Below, piece by piece: positions 48,791 through 57,202 of a DNA stretch of 64,000 nt (the stretch's first letter is position 1; each line of letters opens with the position of its first letter). The stretch is taken from assembly GCA_043821485.1 (NCBI GenBank), contig JBDRCU010000057.1, positions 598 through 64,597 of the forward strand. The letters run 5' to 3'. Origin of the DNA: Parcubacteria group bacterium (lineage in GTDB: Bacteria > Patescibacteriota > Minisyncoccia > 2-02-FULL-40-12 > IGHO2-01-FULL-4-A). The position numbers and the translations under genes are program-made. The notes beneath the pieces were generated by a model. It did no database searches, was not told the DNA's origin, and was given only the letters and a program-made list of their open reading frames with translations.

Positions 48791-49777
48791 ATGGAAGAAC
48801 AAATAAACAACCAGGAGCATAAGATAGGTATTTGGCCGATGATTGCAGGCGTAGTGATTTTGATTATTTTAATAATTGTGGTTGCGTGGCTCTACAACAG
48901 AGACGATGGTATCTCAACCCCTACGCCATCAGTTTCGCCCGAGATATCAAATATTGAACAAACGTCTTTTCTTTTTGGTAATCCATATGATGCTACCTAT
49001 GCAGATTGGGTTGAAGTTTTAAATGAAAATGATGTCCCATGCGAGGGTATGAACGATGCGTATAATCCGATATCAATACATGAATCGGACAACGGTATAC
49101 TGGTAACAATACTTTGTTATTCTGCGGCATATAACAGTGAATTTATAGCTGTTTATTCGGACGAGGGAGGAAATTTTACAGTTCTGTCATTTCCGATACC
49201 TCTAGATGATGGCATCTGGAGAAATGATGAGATAGTTTGGGGGCTTAGATTTAATGAGAATAATAATATATTAAGTACTATTATGATGGGACGCGGACTA
49301 GGAGACTGTGGAGAGTCAGGAGAGTATATTTTAGATGAGACTCAATCTAAAGTTGAGATACTTGAATATAGGAGAAAGCCTGAATGTGATGAGTACTATG
49401 GTTTTTGGCCTATTGTATATCCTGATACTGAAGGTTATAGATACTACAACATGGATAGAAATGGTTCTAATTCTTTTCTAATGCTTAGATCGGTTCACGA
49501 TTCTGATCAATATATTGTTGAATTAAAAGGTAGCGGAGGGTCTTCTGAAATGGCTCCAGCAGACTGCTACATAAGTGCTAGAGGAGAACCGTATGATGAT
49601 GATACTCTAAGAGCTAAATTTGATCTGGCAAATCCTCTTGACGAAGAGAGGATACTTGAGATGAATTATAGTTACAATGAGGTAGAAATCACTAGAGCAG
49701 ATACTTTCGGTTATTGTAGTTTAGGGACGAATTTTTTGGGCACCTATCGTTATATAGAACCTCCTATATATGATTAG
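48791..49777 (+). CDS. Membrane-anchored hypothetical protein (DUF1176-like region)
   Basis: N-terminal TM; C..AAYN and GRGLGDCG motifs. Confidence 0.65.
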   Translation: MEEQINNQEHKIGIWPMIAGVVILIILIIVVAWLYNRDDGISTPTPSVSPEISNIEQTSFLFGNPYDATYADWVEVLNENDVPCEGMNDAYNPISIHESDNGILVTILCYSAAYNSEFIAVYSDEGGNFTVLSFPIPLDDGIWRNDEIVWGLRFNENNNILSTIMMGRGLGDCGESGEYILDETQSKVEILEYRRKPECDEYYGFWPIVYPDTEGYRYYNMDRNGSNSFLMLRSVHDSDQYIVELKGSGGSSEMAPADCYISARGEPYDDDTLRAKFDLANPLDEERILEMNYSYNEVEITRADTFGYCSLGTNFLGTYRYIEPPIYD

Positions 49778-49804
49778 TACTGATTACACTTGACGTTAAA
49801 GAAT

Positions 49805-50449
49805 ATGGTTAAAAAAAATGGTTCAAGTTTGAGTGCATTATTTCTTTTGATTTTAGTTAATCTGATTCCTTTGTTTGGGGTATTATATTTGGATTGGGGT
49901 GTAGTCACGATTTTGGTTTTGTATTGGATGGAGAGTGTGGTAATAGGGTATTTCGGATACAAGAAGATTTTTAAAGTTACTGGAAATAGGCCCAAAAAAC
50001 ATTTTTTTGGACTCCTTTTTGGACTCCTCGGGCCTGCAAGTTATTTTCTTTTCAATTTTATCGTATTCATATTAGTAGACGCTCTTTTTTTGGTAATCCT
50101 TTTAGTTATCTTTTTACTTCAGACTCCAACAAGTTTTATAGAATATGATTTATCGTTTTCGTATTTGATAATCGGGTTTATAGGATTCTGGATAAGCCAT
50201 TGGTATTCTTATCGTTCTAACTTCTTAGGACGTGAAGAATATTTGAAATATACGCCAAAGAGCGTTACGCGCGCTCCATATAAAAGAATTTGGGTCATGC
50301 ATGCTTTCATAATAGTTGCAGGAGGAATCATGGCTTGGACGTGGTCGCTTGTCTCGCTTCTTCTAGTCTTGGTTGTATTAAAAATTGTTGCAGATATTAC
50401 ACTGCATCTAATGGAACACAACTTTTATCGTAATAATAAAGAGCAGTAG
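49805..50449 (+). CDS. Multi-TM hypothetical protein (DUF6498-like)
   Basis: NLIPLFGV..W...YWMES, PYKRIWVMH. Confidence 0.7.
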   Translation: MVKKNGSSLSALFLLILVNLIPLFGVLYLDWGVVTILVLYWMESVVIGYFGYKKIFKVTGNRPKKHFFGLLFGLLGPASYFLFNFIVFILVDALFLVILLVIFLLQTPTSFIEYDLSFSYLIIGFIGFWISHWYSYRSNFLGREEYLKYTPKSVTRAPYKRIWVMHAFIIVAGGIMAWTWSLVSLLLVLVVLKIVADITLHLMEHNFYRNNKEQ

Positions 50450-50475
50450 TATAATTAACCTCAATCTCTTAGCAT

Positions 50476-50512
50476 AATAAAACATGCAGTTATAGAACTG
50501 CATGTTTTATTT
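50476..50512. terminator. Bidirectional terminator
   Basis: AATAAAACATGCAGTT-ATAG-AACTGCATGTTTTATT between convergent genes. Confidence 0.75.
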
Positions 50513-50539
50513 AGATATTTTTTGTCTATAGAGGCTGGT

Positions 50540-50917
50540 CTATTTTAATATCTTCATTCCTCCAATGATAGGGAGTTCTTTCATCTCATTGTTTGCGCCA
50601 TGCATTATGCCTATGATCCACAATATAAATAGTATTAGATTGATTGCCATCCATGCCAGCCAGCCAAGGAATGGGATGAAAAGAAGTATCCATCCCGCTA
50701 TTGATGCTATGACGGCAGCTAGGAATAGTATGAGTTGTTGGTTGGCGTGAAATCGTTCTGTCTGTCCTTTGAGATTTAGGAAAAACAAAATTGGAATCAC
50801 ATACCCTAAAATAATCAGCGTATGTGAATTATTAGCTCCTTGTGGTTGCTGTGGCTGCTGCTGATATTGTTGGTTAGGTGGCGGTCCTTGTTGAGGCTGT
50901 TGTTGATTCATATCCAT
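50540..50917 (-). CDS. DUF4870-like membrane protein
   Basis: Gln-rich N-terminus, RFHANQ, LPIIG, three TM helices. Confidence 0.75.
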   Translation of the reverse strand: MDMNQQQPQQGPPPNQQYQQQPQQPQGANNSHTLIILGYVIPILFFLNLKGQTERFHANQQLILFLAAVIASIAGWILLFIPFLGWLAWMAINLILFILWIIGIMHGANNEMKELPIIGGMKILK

Positions 50918-51106
50918 AATATTTCTCTTAGGACACGGTGATCTATGCCATCGTGTATTCGAGTTTTAATTCTATAACTATGACATGTATTCTATCATTT
51001 TAAGGGTTTTAGGTTATCAACATTGCTTTTCTGACATTATTACTGTGATTAGGCTATAAAAGTGGTATTATAGAGTAATTGATTTATATAATTTAAATAA
51101 AATATT

Positions 51107-52684
51107 ATGGAAACACAAAATACACCAAATCCTTCAACGGTCCCAGTTATTGCAGGAGGTTCTTTTAGTGCAACTCAGATTGTTATAGCAGTTGTTGTTC
51201 TTCTGGCAGTTGGAGGCGTAGCATGGGCAGGATATTCGTATTTGGGAAGCAAGACTGAACAAAAATTACTTGTAGATGTAATTGAGAGTATGGAGGAAGT
51301 TGATTCTATGACTTTTGAAGCGTCATTTAACATTTTGATTACTGATAATAGTTACTCTTCAGGCCTTCTTGGTGGCCTTGCTAATACTTTTGGAGTATTT
51401 ATGGGGGATGAGATTTCTGATGATTTGGCCTTATCTCCTATCATTCCATCGAGTCGGGAGATCTCATTTACTGTTGATATCAATGGTGCTTCTGATACCA
51501 CGGATATTGATAATCAAAAGTTTGAAATGAATATGGATGTTGGGGTAGAAGGAGCTGATCTTGAATATATGACAGGAACAGATGAGCCACTCTCAATAAG
51601 TATGCAGATGAAAGGAATAGGAGATGTCGTATATGTGAAGCTTGATAGAATCGGAGGTATGTCACCTTTGGGTATTAGTATAAGTACAGACAAGTGGATT
51701 AAGATAGACCCTAAAGATCTTGCAGAACTTGAGGAACTCACAGGTTCTCTTGGAGCTCCGACATATGACGATATAGATGAAGAGCGTTTGAATGCTTTGT
51801 TGGAACCATATATGGATCAATTCGTCGATATTATGGGTAAGTATGACATCGTTAAGGTTTTGAGTTCTGGTTCTGGTCCTGAGATAGAAGGGGAGGAGAC
51901 AACTAGTTCCAAATTTACAGTGAACAAAGAAGAGACTGTGGATTTTTGGATAGAAGCAATGCCTGTTTTCACGGAAATGATGGATAAAATATATTTTGAA
52001 TTATTTGGAATTGAAAATATGATACTTGGAGATGCAGATCTTTCGGACTTTACAGATGAAGAAATAGCAGAGGGGAAGGCAGAGATATTGAAGATGTTAG
52101 AAAGTGTAAGTTTAGAGGGTTCAGCTACTATTGGAAATGATAGTGCAATTCCGTATGATATGGAATTTAATCTAGATATAGATGTAGAAAATTTGGGCTC
52201 TATGGAGACATCCTTTGATTTTCACATGAGAGATATTAATGAGCCTGTTATAGTAGAAGAACCGGAAGACTATATTACATTGATTGAGTTTATTGAGGGG
52301 ATGGATGGAATGGATTCTGGTTATGATTATAATAATTCTGCAGCAGATGATGTAAAGAGGGTGGCAGATGTGAACAATCTCCGTACTGCAATAGAGATGT
52401 ATTATGATGATTTCGGTGAATATCCAGATATGCTTGGAGATTTGGTTACAGAAGGATACTTGATGGAAGAACCTTATGATCCATTCTGGGATTGGTCTTA
52501 TGATTATGCTAGTTCTGGTAATAAGTATCAGATATCTGCAGACCTTGATAGTGGTTATCCTGATGAAGGGAATCTCGCTAATGATAGCGATATTGATGCA
52601 TCATCTTGGGGAGGAGTAGATGGTAATCTTGAGGAATGTTCTGGATTTGGCTGGGATTGTTTCTTTGATCTGGGATCGGAATAA
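51107..52684 (+). CDS. Acidic membrane-anchored protein with C-terminal GspG/pilin-like domain
   Basis: N-terminal TM, beta-rich body (VYVK...KWIKID), DVKRVADVNNLRTAIEMYYDDFGEYP...LVTEGYL..PYDP. Confidence 0.7.
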   Translation: METQNTPNPSTVPVIAGGSFSATQIVIAVVVLLAVGGVAWAGYSYLGSKTEQKLLVDVIESMEEVDSMTFEASFNILITDNSYSSGLLGGLANTFGVFMGDEISDDLALSPIIPSSREISFTVDINGASDTTDIDNQKFEMNMDVGVEGADLEYMTGTDEPLSISMQMKGIGDVVYVKLDRIGGMSPLGISISTDKWIKIDPKDLAELEELTGSLGAPTYDDIDEERLNALLEPYMDQFVDIMGKYDIVKVLSSGSGPEIEGEETTSSKFTVNKEETVDFWIEAMPVFTEMMDKIYFELFGIENMILGDADLSDFTDEEIAEGKAEILKMLESVSLEGSATIGNDSAIPYDMEFNLDIDVENLGSMETSFDFHMRDINEPVIVEEPEDYITLIEFIEGMDGMDSGYDYNNSAADDVKRVADVNNLRTAIEMYYDDFGEYPDMLGDLVTEGYLMEEPYDPFWDWSYDYASSGNKYQISADLDSGYPDEGNLANDSDIDASSWGGVDGNLEECSGFGWDCFFDLGSE

Positions 52685-52753
52685 GTTGCGCTAGTTTCTT
52701 GAACTCGCTTGACTTAAAATTGACTTAAATTTGAAAAATGGTATAATGCAATC

Positions 52754-53133
52754 GGGCTTGAAAGGCTTCGATGGAGGTTCATTTACAGGATTGAGCACGT
52801 CGAGTTTACCGATGTCTCGTAAATAATGTCGGTGCAAGATAAGTGCAAACACATCTTATCAAATGCCATCTATGGCAGGAATGTCACAAATGGCAGTAGC
52901 ATAACTTTTTAGTATAGCTACCGTCTTACCTCGGATTCTCGCTAGGGGGATAAGGCGTCATTAGCGAGAAACTTTGCCTGCTATTACTATGACGGCAGAA
53001 CATCGCAATTCCCATAGTACATTGCCTGAGCTTTTGTTCATTCCTTATCAGGCGGTGTAAATCGGAATGAACTAAACGTGTAGTATCATCTTGTATCAAC
53101 TTTCAGACGGGGGTTCGATTCCCCCCGAGTCCA
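52754..53133 (+). ncRNA. ssrA: tmRNA
   Basis: GGGCTTG/CGAGTCC-A acceptor with G3:U70, T-arm GGGTTCGATTCCC, tag frame (A)NTSYQMPSMAGMSQMAVA* at 52845-52904; smpB 7.6 kb away. Confidence 0.93.
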
Positions 53134-53139
53134 CAAACG

Positions 53140-53172
53140 AAATAACCCTTATTTTACGGGGGTTATTTTTGT
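53140..53172 (+). terminator. Intrinsic terminator after tmRNA
   Basis: AAATAACCCTTATTTTACGGGGGTTATTTTTGT. Confidence 0.75.
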
Positions 53173-53204
53173 TGACTCCCAGGGATATTTGAACCTTTTC
53201 AAAC

Positions 53205-53288
53205 AAAAAAGCGTCACAGGTGTGATGCTCTTTTGATTCTGGGCGACCCCTGATTGCTCGTGTGAGCAGGGGTCGCCCATCTGTACTT
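53205..53288 (-). repeat. Conserved structured 3' module, copy 2
   Basis: AAGTAC, TGGGCGACCCCTG...CAGGGGTCGCCCA, AAAAGAGCATCAC-ACCT-GTGACGCTTTTTT. Confidence 0.7.
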
Positions 53289-53670
53289 ACTGGGCGGTAG
53301 CAGCCGCCCGGCTTTCGACCCACTCTCTACTCACCACATGGGCGAGCAAGTAGTTCACGGCCTCCTGTAACGCGGAGGCCCTCATGAACTCGTAGGTGGG
53401 GTCCTTTTGGACCCCGAGCTTCATCGCCGAGAGGCCGTAGCCCAGGGCATTGACGCCCTTTAACTGGCCTCTGCCGTTGCTGTCCAAGCACTTGTCAATG
53501 TGCTTGGTGGCATTGTCGACGAGTTTCAGGAACTCATCGACATCGACGTCGTACTTGGCCAGGACATCCATTGCCTTGGCCAGATCATCTATTGGGTTAC
53601 CATGGACCATGAGGACCATGGCAGAGAGGGAGCTGAGCTCCCGTTTTGTGGTGTGATGCACGTAGGCCAT
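53287..53670 (-). CDS. Hypothetical protein, GC-rich cassette inside the tmRNA islet
   Basis: AAGGAGG SD, TTGACA-18-TATAAT promoter at 53799-53828, GC3-rich codons. Confidence 0.7.
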   Translation of the reverse strand: MAYVHHTTKRELSSLSAMVLMVHGNPIDDLAKAMDVLAKYDVDVDEFLKLVDNATKHIDKCLDSNGRGQLKGVNALGYGLSAMKLGVQKDPTYEFMRASALQEAVNYLLAHVVSREWVESRAAATAQ

Positions 53671-53937
53671 TTTTGGCCTCCTTTTTTAAAGTACCCCACC
53701 CCTAACGAGGTTTCGGGGTTAATTTTTGCTTTTCGCTATAGACACAATGCCTATGCGAGTACAGCCCCCTTCCCGGGTCTTCTGTCAATTTAATGTATAT
53801 TATAACATATAATATATTCTTTTGTCAACCTCATATATAGTAGATTCAAACTTCAATTACACCACCCAATTCCCAAAAACCCCTCATCTCCCTCACCAAA
53901 AGGTTCATATTAAAACATCCCGAGTCCACAAAGAAAA

Positions 53938-53971
53938 AATATAAAACACCCTTTTGGGTGTTTTATATTGG
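53938..53971. terminator. Terminator-like hairpin after the duplicated tmRNA end
   Basis: AATATAAAACACCC-TTTT-GGGTGTTTTATATT; closely similar to 2610-2645. Confidence 0.7.
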
Positions 53972-54004
53972 AATAAATTGGATGCTTAATGATATAATTA
54001 ATCT

Positions 54005-57000
54005 ATGCTTGATCCTCAACTAATAACTTACATATCTCAACAACGCCAAGCGGGTATTCCAGATGATCAAATACGATCCAGTCTTTTGTCTTCAGGATGG
54101 CAGGCTACAGACATCGATACGGCTCTTGGTGGGGGACAAGCTCAACCTGCTCAAACAACGCAACCTGTTCAGCCCACTCAACAACCTCAACCAGTGCAAC
54201 AACCCCAACCAACCTCTTCAAAGAAAACTCTTATCCTAATCATAGTCATGACTGTACTCATCATAGCTCTCATAGCTTCGTACTTCCTTTTCTTCAGAGA
54301 TTCATCTTCTGATCCAACCCCAACTCCTCAATCCCCAACCAAGCGAACAACAATCAATGCATATGGTACTACCATAACTCCGGGAGTAGATTACTATGAA
54401 GGATTGATAGTATTCAGTCTCAGAAATGATAAAAGATTGACTTATCAAAATGGAACTGATCTTCCTGAAGGGTTAACGCCCATCGATCAATTAGATGATA
54501 CTAACCCTAATTCTCTAATATCTCTATTCAATCAATATAACTCTACAGACTTAGAAAGAAACTATAGAGGAATAGATGAACAAAGCACTTCATATACATT
54601 ACATATACCAGAAGACACAGATATCCTTGAGATAATGACTGATTTGCAGAGGACATCAGAAGTTAGATTTGCTGAACCTAGGTATATACCATATCTAGAT
54701 GATGCGCCATCAGATCCATTTTTTCGTTCAAAAGGGTCATTAGGGGGCGATTATGATGATCAATGGAATTTTAAACTCATAAATATGGAACAGGCATGGG
54801 AGATATCGAAGGGAGAAGGAGTTACAGTAGCTGTGATAGACTCGGGCGTGGATCATGAACACCCTGATTTAGAGGGGAACGTTCAAGAGGGCTATTATTA
54901 TAGCTACGGATGGAAGGATACCGATATAAAACCTCGAGGTATTCATAAGGGATGGGTAGGCGATTGTACTCAGACTCATGGTACAATGGTTTCTTCTATT
55001 CTGGCAGCCAAGAATGATGGCAAGGGTATGGTGGGTGTAGCACCAAAAGCAAAGATTATACCAATAGTGGGTATAAGATCAGTTTCTTGCAATGGCATAG
55101 AGGGTGAATCTTTAGGTTATGAAATGTCCATAAGGAAAGCAGCCGATTTGAATGTGGATGTAATAAATATGAGTTTGGGTTATCGAGTTCCTCTTGTATC
55201 TGCTGATCTTACTGAGGCAGTACTCTATGCGGTAAATAAGGGAACGGTGTATGTTACTTCTGCAGGTAATGATCATAGAGACACGACTTTTGGCTCCCCT
55301 GAAAATATTCATGAAGCAATAGTTGTCGCAGCAGTAGATGAGAATGATAAAAAAACAGATTATTCTAACTATGGACCAACAATTGATGTGACTGCTCCAG
55401 GCGGAACTTGGAAGAGACCCATATTAGGAGCATGGTCTACAATGTTCCCAGGTGATGCGACATATGATAAAGAGGAATCTGTAGTCGATGAGAAAGGGCT
55501 ATATGCAGGGACAACGGGAACCTCCTTTTCTGCCCCTACTGTAGCAGGTGTAGCAGCTCTTGTTATAGCTCAGGATAAAACCTTAACACCAAGTGAAGTG
55601 GAATGTGCATTGAAGCTCGGAGCAAAAGATGTAGAAGAGCCAGGATTCGATCCAAAGTCAGGATTTGGGAGAGTAGATGCATATAAGTCACTACTTTTAT
55701 CCAAGGATGACTTAAAGCCATTTGATGAAGAAGGTAATCCTACAGAAGCAGAAAAATGTTTTGAGCAGGTAGCGATAACATATCCTGGGATAAATGAAGG
55801 TATAAATGCAACAAGATTAGAGCCACTAGGAATTAGAGGTTTAGTATCTATTACAGATATTGACTATTATGTCCTGGAATATCTTAAAGAAGGAGCTAAT
55901 CCAAAGACAGGATGGATAGAGATATTTAGGGATACTAAAGAAGTAAAAGATGGGATTTTAGGACAATGGGACATAAAGGATTTAGAGGAAGGGAATTACC
56001 AATTGCGTCTGCATGCATTTAATAAGTCCGGTAAGCGATACGAAAATGAAGTATCTTTCTATATATATAAAACCGTTGCATGTTTTATTGACGGAATTAC
56101 CAGCATTGATGGGACTACAAGGAATCTAGTAGAGCCTACGAGATGTAAAATTATGACGGAATTAAGCTCTTCTAGTCCACTTTGGCTAACATTTAAAGAT
56201 AAGAGTTGGCAGATAGTTTATCCCATACCAGGTGATGGTCGAATTGTAACCTATGATGATAAGACTCACTATCTATATGTAGATAAGAAAAGTTGTGATG
56301 ATAATAATCCTGAACACGAATTTCGTGTAAATTGTAGTTGTATTGATAAGTATCCAGCTGAAAGTATATGCGTAGAAGAGGAGTATACATTTACTGATAA
56401 ATCAGGTGTAAGGAAATCAAATACGAGTGCCTACGGTATATTATCTCATTGGCAAGAGAATGATCCAGGTAAGGTAACATGTGAGGCAGTAGATGATTTA
56501 GCAGATGATACTGATCTTAGTAGTCCATTTAATTTTGAGCACGACAATGAGTTCTTATGTGAAGAGAAGGAGGATACGCCGGAACCAGTTGTATCAGATG
56601 AGAGTATACTTTGTACTTTTTCATCTGAAGAAAGAAAAGAAGGAGATTTCATTTCACATGCACAATCAAGAGGTATGGTTAGTAGTGGGGGGAGTATCGA
56701 AGGTATATCCCTTAGTTATGAAGAGAGAACTGTGTTTAAAAATGGTAAGGTATATCTTGCTTCGGATTTTTTTGGATCATTTGATTCAGGAGGTGGAGTC
56801 GATGATTGTAAATGGGTTTATGCTGATTATCCTTCAGATAAATTTGGTCTATTATCTAAAGAAGAGATAGATATCGAGATGATGCATTCAGATAGAAGAC
56901 TTGATGATGAGTTGGGACTACCGCCAATATTACCGAAAGATCTATGCACAAGGGATGTCTCTTCTGAACTTTTTGAAACGCCAGGTAAAGAATGCAGTAT

Positions 57001-57160
57001 AGAAGAGTATGAAAACGCTGTAGTAAAAAAAGCCGAAGACAGATTTCCACCAGGAGAGCTGGATACGGTAAAGAGCGAACTTAGGAAAGTGGGGATAGAT
57101 TTTAGAGAGTCCGTAATAGAGGACGCTCCAAGTATATGGGAGTTTGTTCAAAAGCCATGA
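54005..57160 (+). CDS. Large membrane-anchored S8 subtilase
   Basis: Triad VIDSG, THGTMVS, GTSFSAP; oxyanion SAGN; small N-terminal domain plus TM; Cys-rich C-terminal modules. Confidence 0.9.
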   Translation: MLDPQLITYISQQRQAGIPDDQIRSSLLSSGWQATDIDTALGGGQAQPAQTTQPVQPTQQPQPVQQPQPTSSKKTLILIIVMTVLIIALIASYFLFFRDSSSDPTPTPQSPTKRTTINAYGTTITPGVDYYEGLIVFSLRNDKRLTYQNGTDLPEGLTPIDQLDDTNPNSLISLFNQYNSTDLERNYRGIDEQSTSYTLHIPEDTDILEIMTDLQRTSEVRFAEPRYIPYLDDAPSDPFFRSKGSLGGDYDDQWNFKLINMEQAWEISKGEGVTVAVIDSGVDHEHPDLEGNVQEGYYYSYGWKDTDIKPRGIHKGWVGDCTQTHGTMVSSILAAKNDGKGMVGVAPKAKIIPIVGIRSVSCNGIEGESLGYEMSIRKAADLNVDVINMSLGYRVPLVSADLTEAVLYAVNKGTVYVTSAGNDHRDTTFGSPENIHEAIVVAAVDENDKKTDYSNYGPTIDVTAPGGTWKRPILGAWSTMFPGDATYDKEESVVDEKGLYAGTTGTSFSAPTVAGVAALVIAQDKTLTPSEVECALKLGAKDVEEPGFDPKSGFGRVDAYKSLLLSKDDLKPFDEEGNPTEAEKCFEQVAITYPGINEGINATRLEPLGIRGLVSITDIDYYVLEYLKEGANPKTGWIEIFRDTKEVKDGILGQWDIKDLEEGNYQLRLHAFNKSGKRYENEVSFYIYKTVACFIDGITSIDGTTRNLVEPTRCKIMTELSSSSPLWLTFKDKSWQIVYPIPGDGRIVTYDDKTHYLYVDKKSCDDNNPEHEFRVNCSCIDKYPAESICVEEEYTFTDKSGVRKSNTSAYGILSHWQENDPGKVTCEAVDDLADDTDLSSPFNFEHDNEFLCEEKEDTPEPVVSDESILCTFSSEERKEGDFISHAQSRGMVSSGGSIEGISLSYEERTVFKNGKVYLASDFFGSFDSGGGVDDCKWVYADYPSDKFGLLSKEEIDIEMMHSDRRLDDELGLPPILPKDLCTRDVSSELFETPGKECSIEEYENAVVKKAEDRFPPGELDTVKSELRKVGIDFRESVIEDAPSIWEFVQKP

Positions 57161-57202
57161 TGAATGCAGGTTTTGATGATATATTAATCTTAATATCCCT
57201 CT

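Larger units (their letters stand above)
53124..53932. mobile_element. Small islet at the tmRNA 3' end bounded by att-like direct repeats
   Basis: CCCGAGTCCACAAA at 53124-53137 and 53919-53932; imperfect inverted repeat 53174-53199 / 53898-53926; no integrase inside. Confidence 0.7.
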
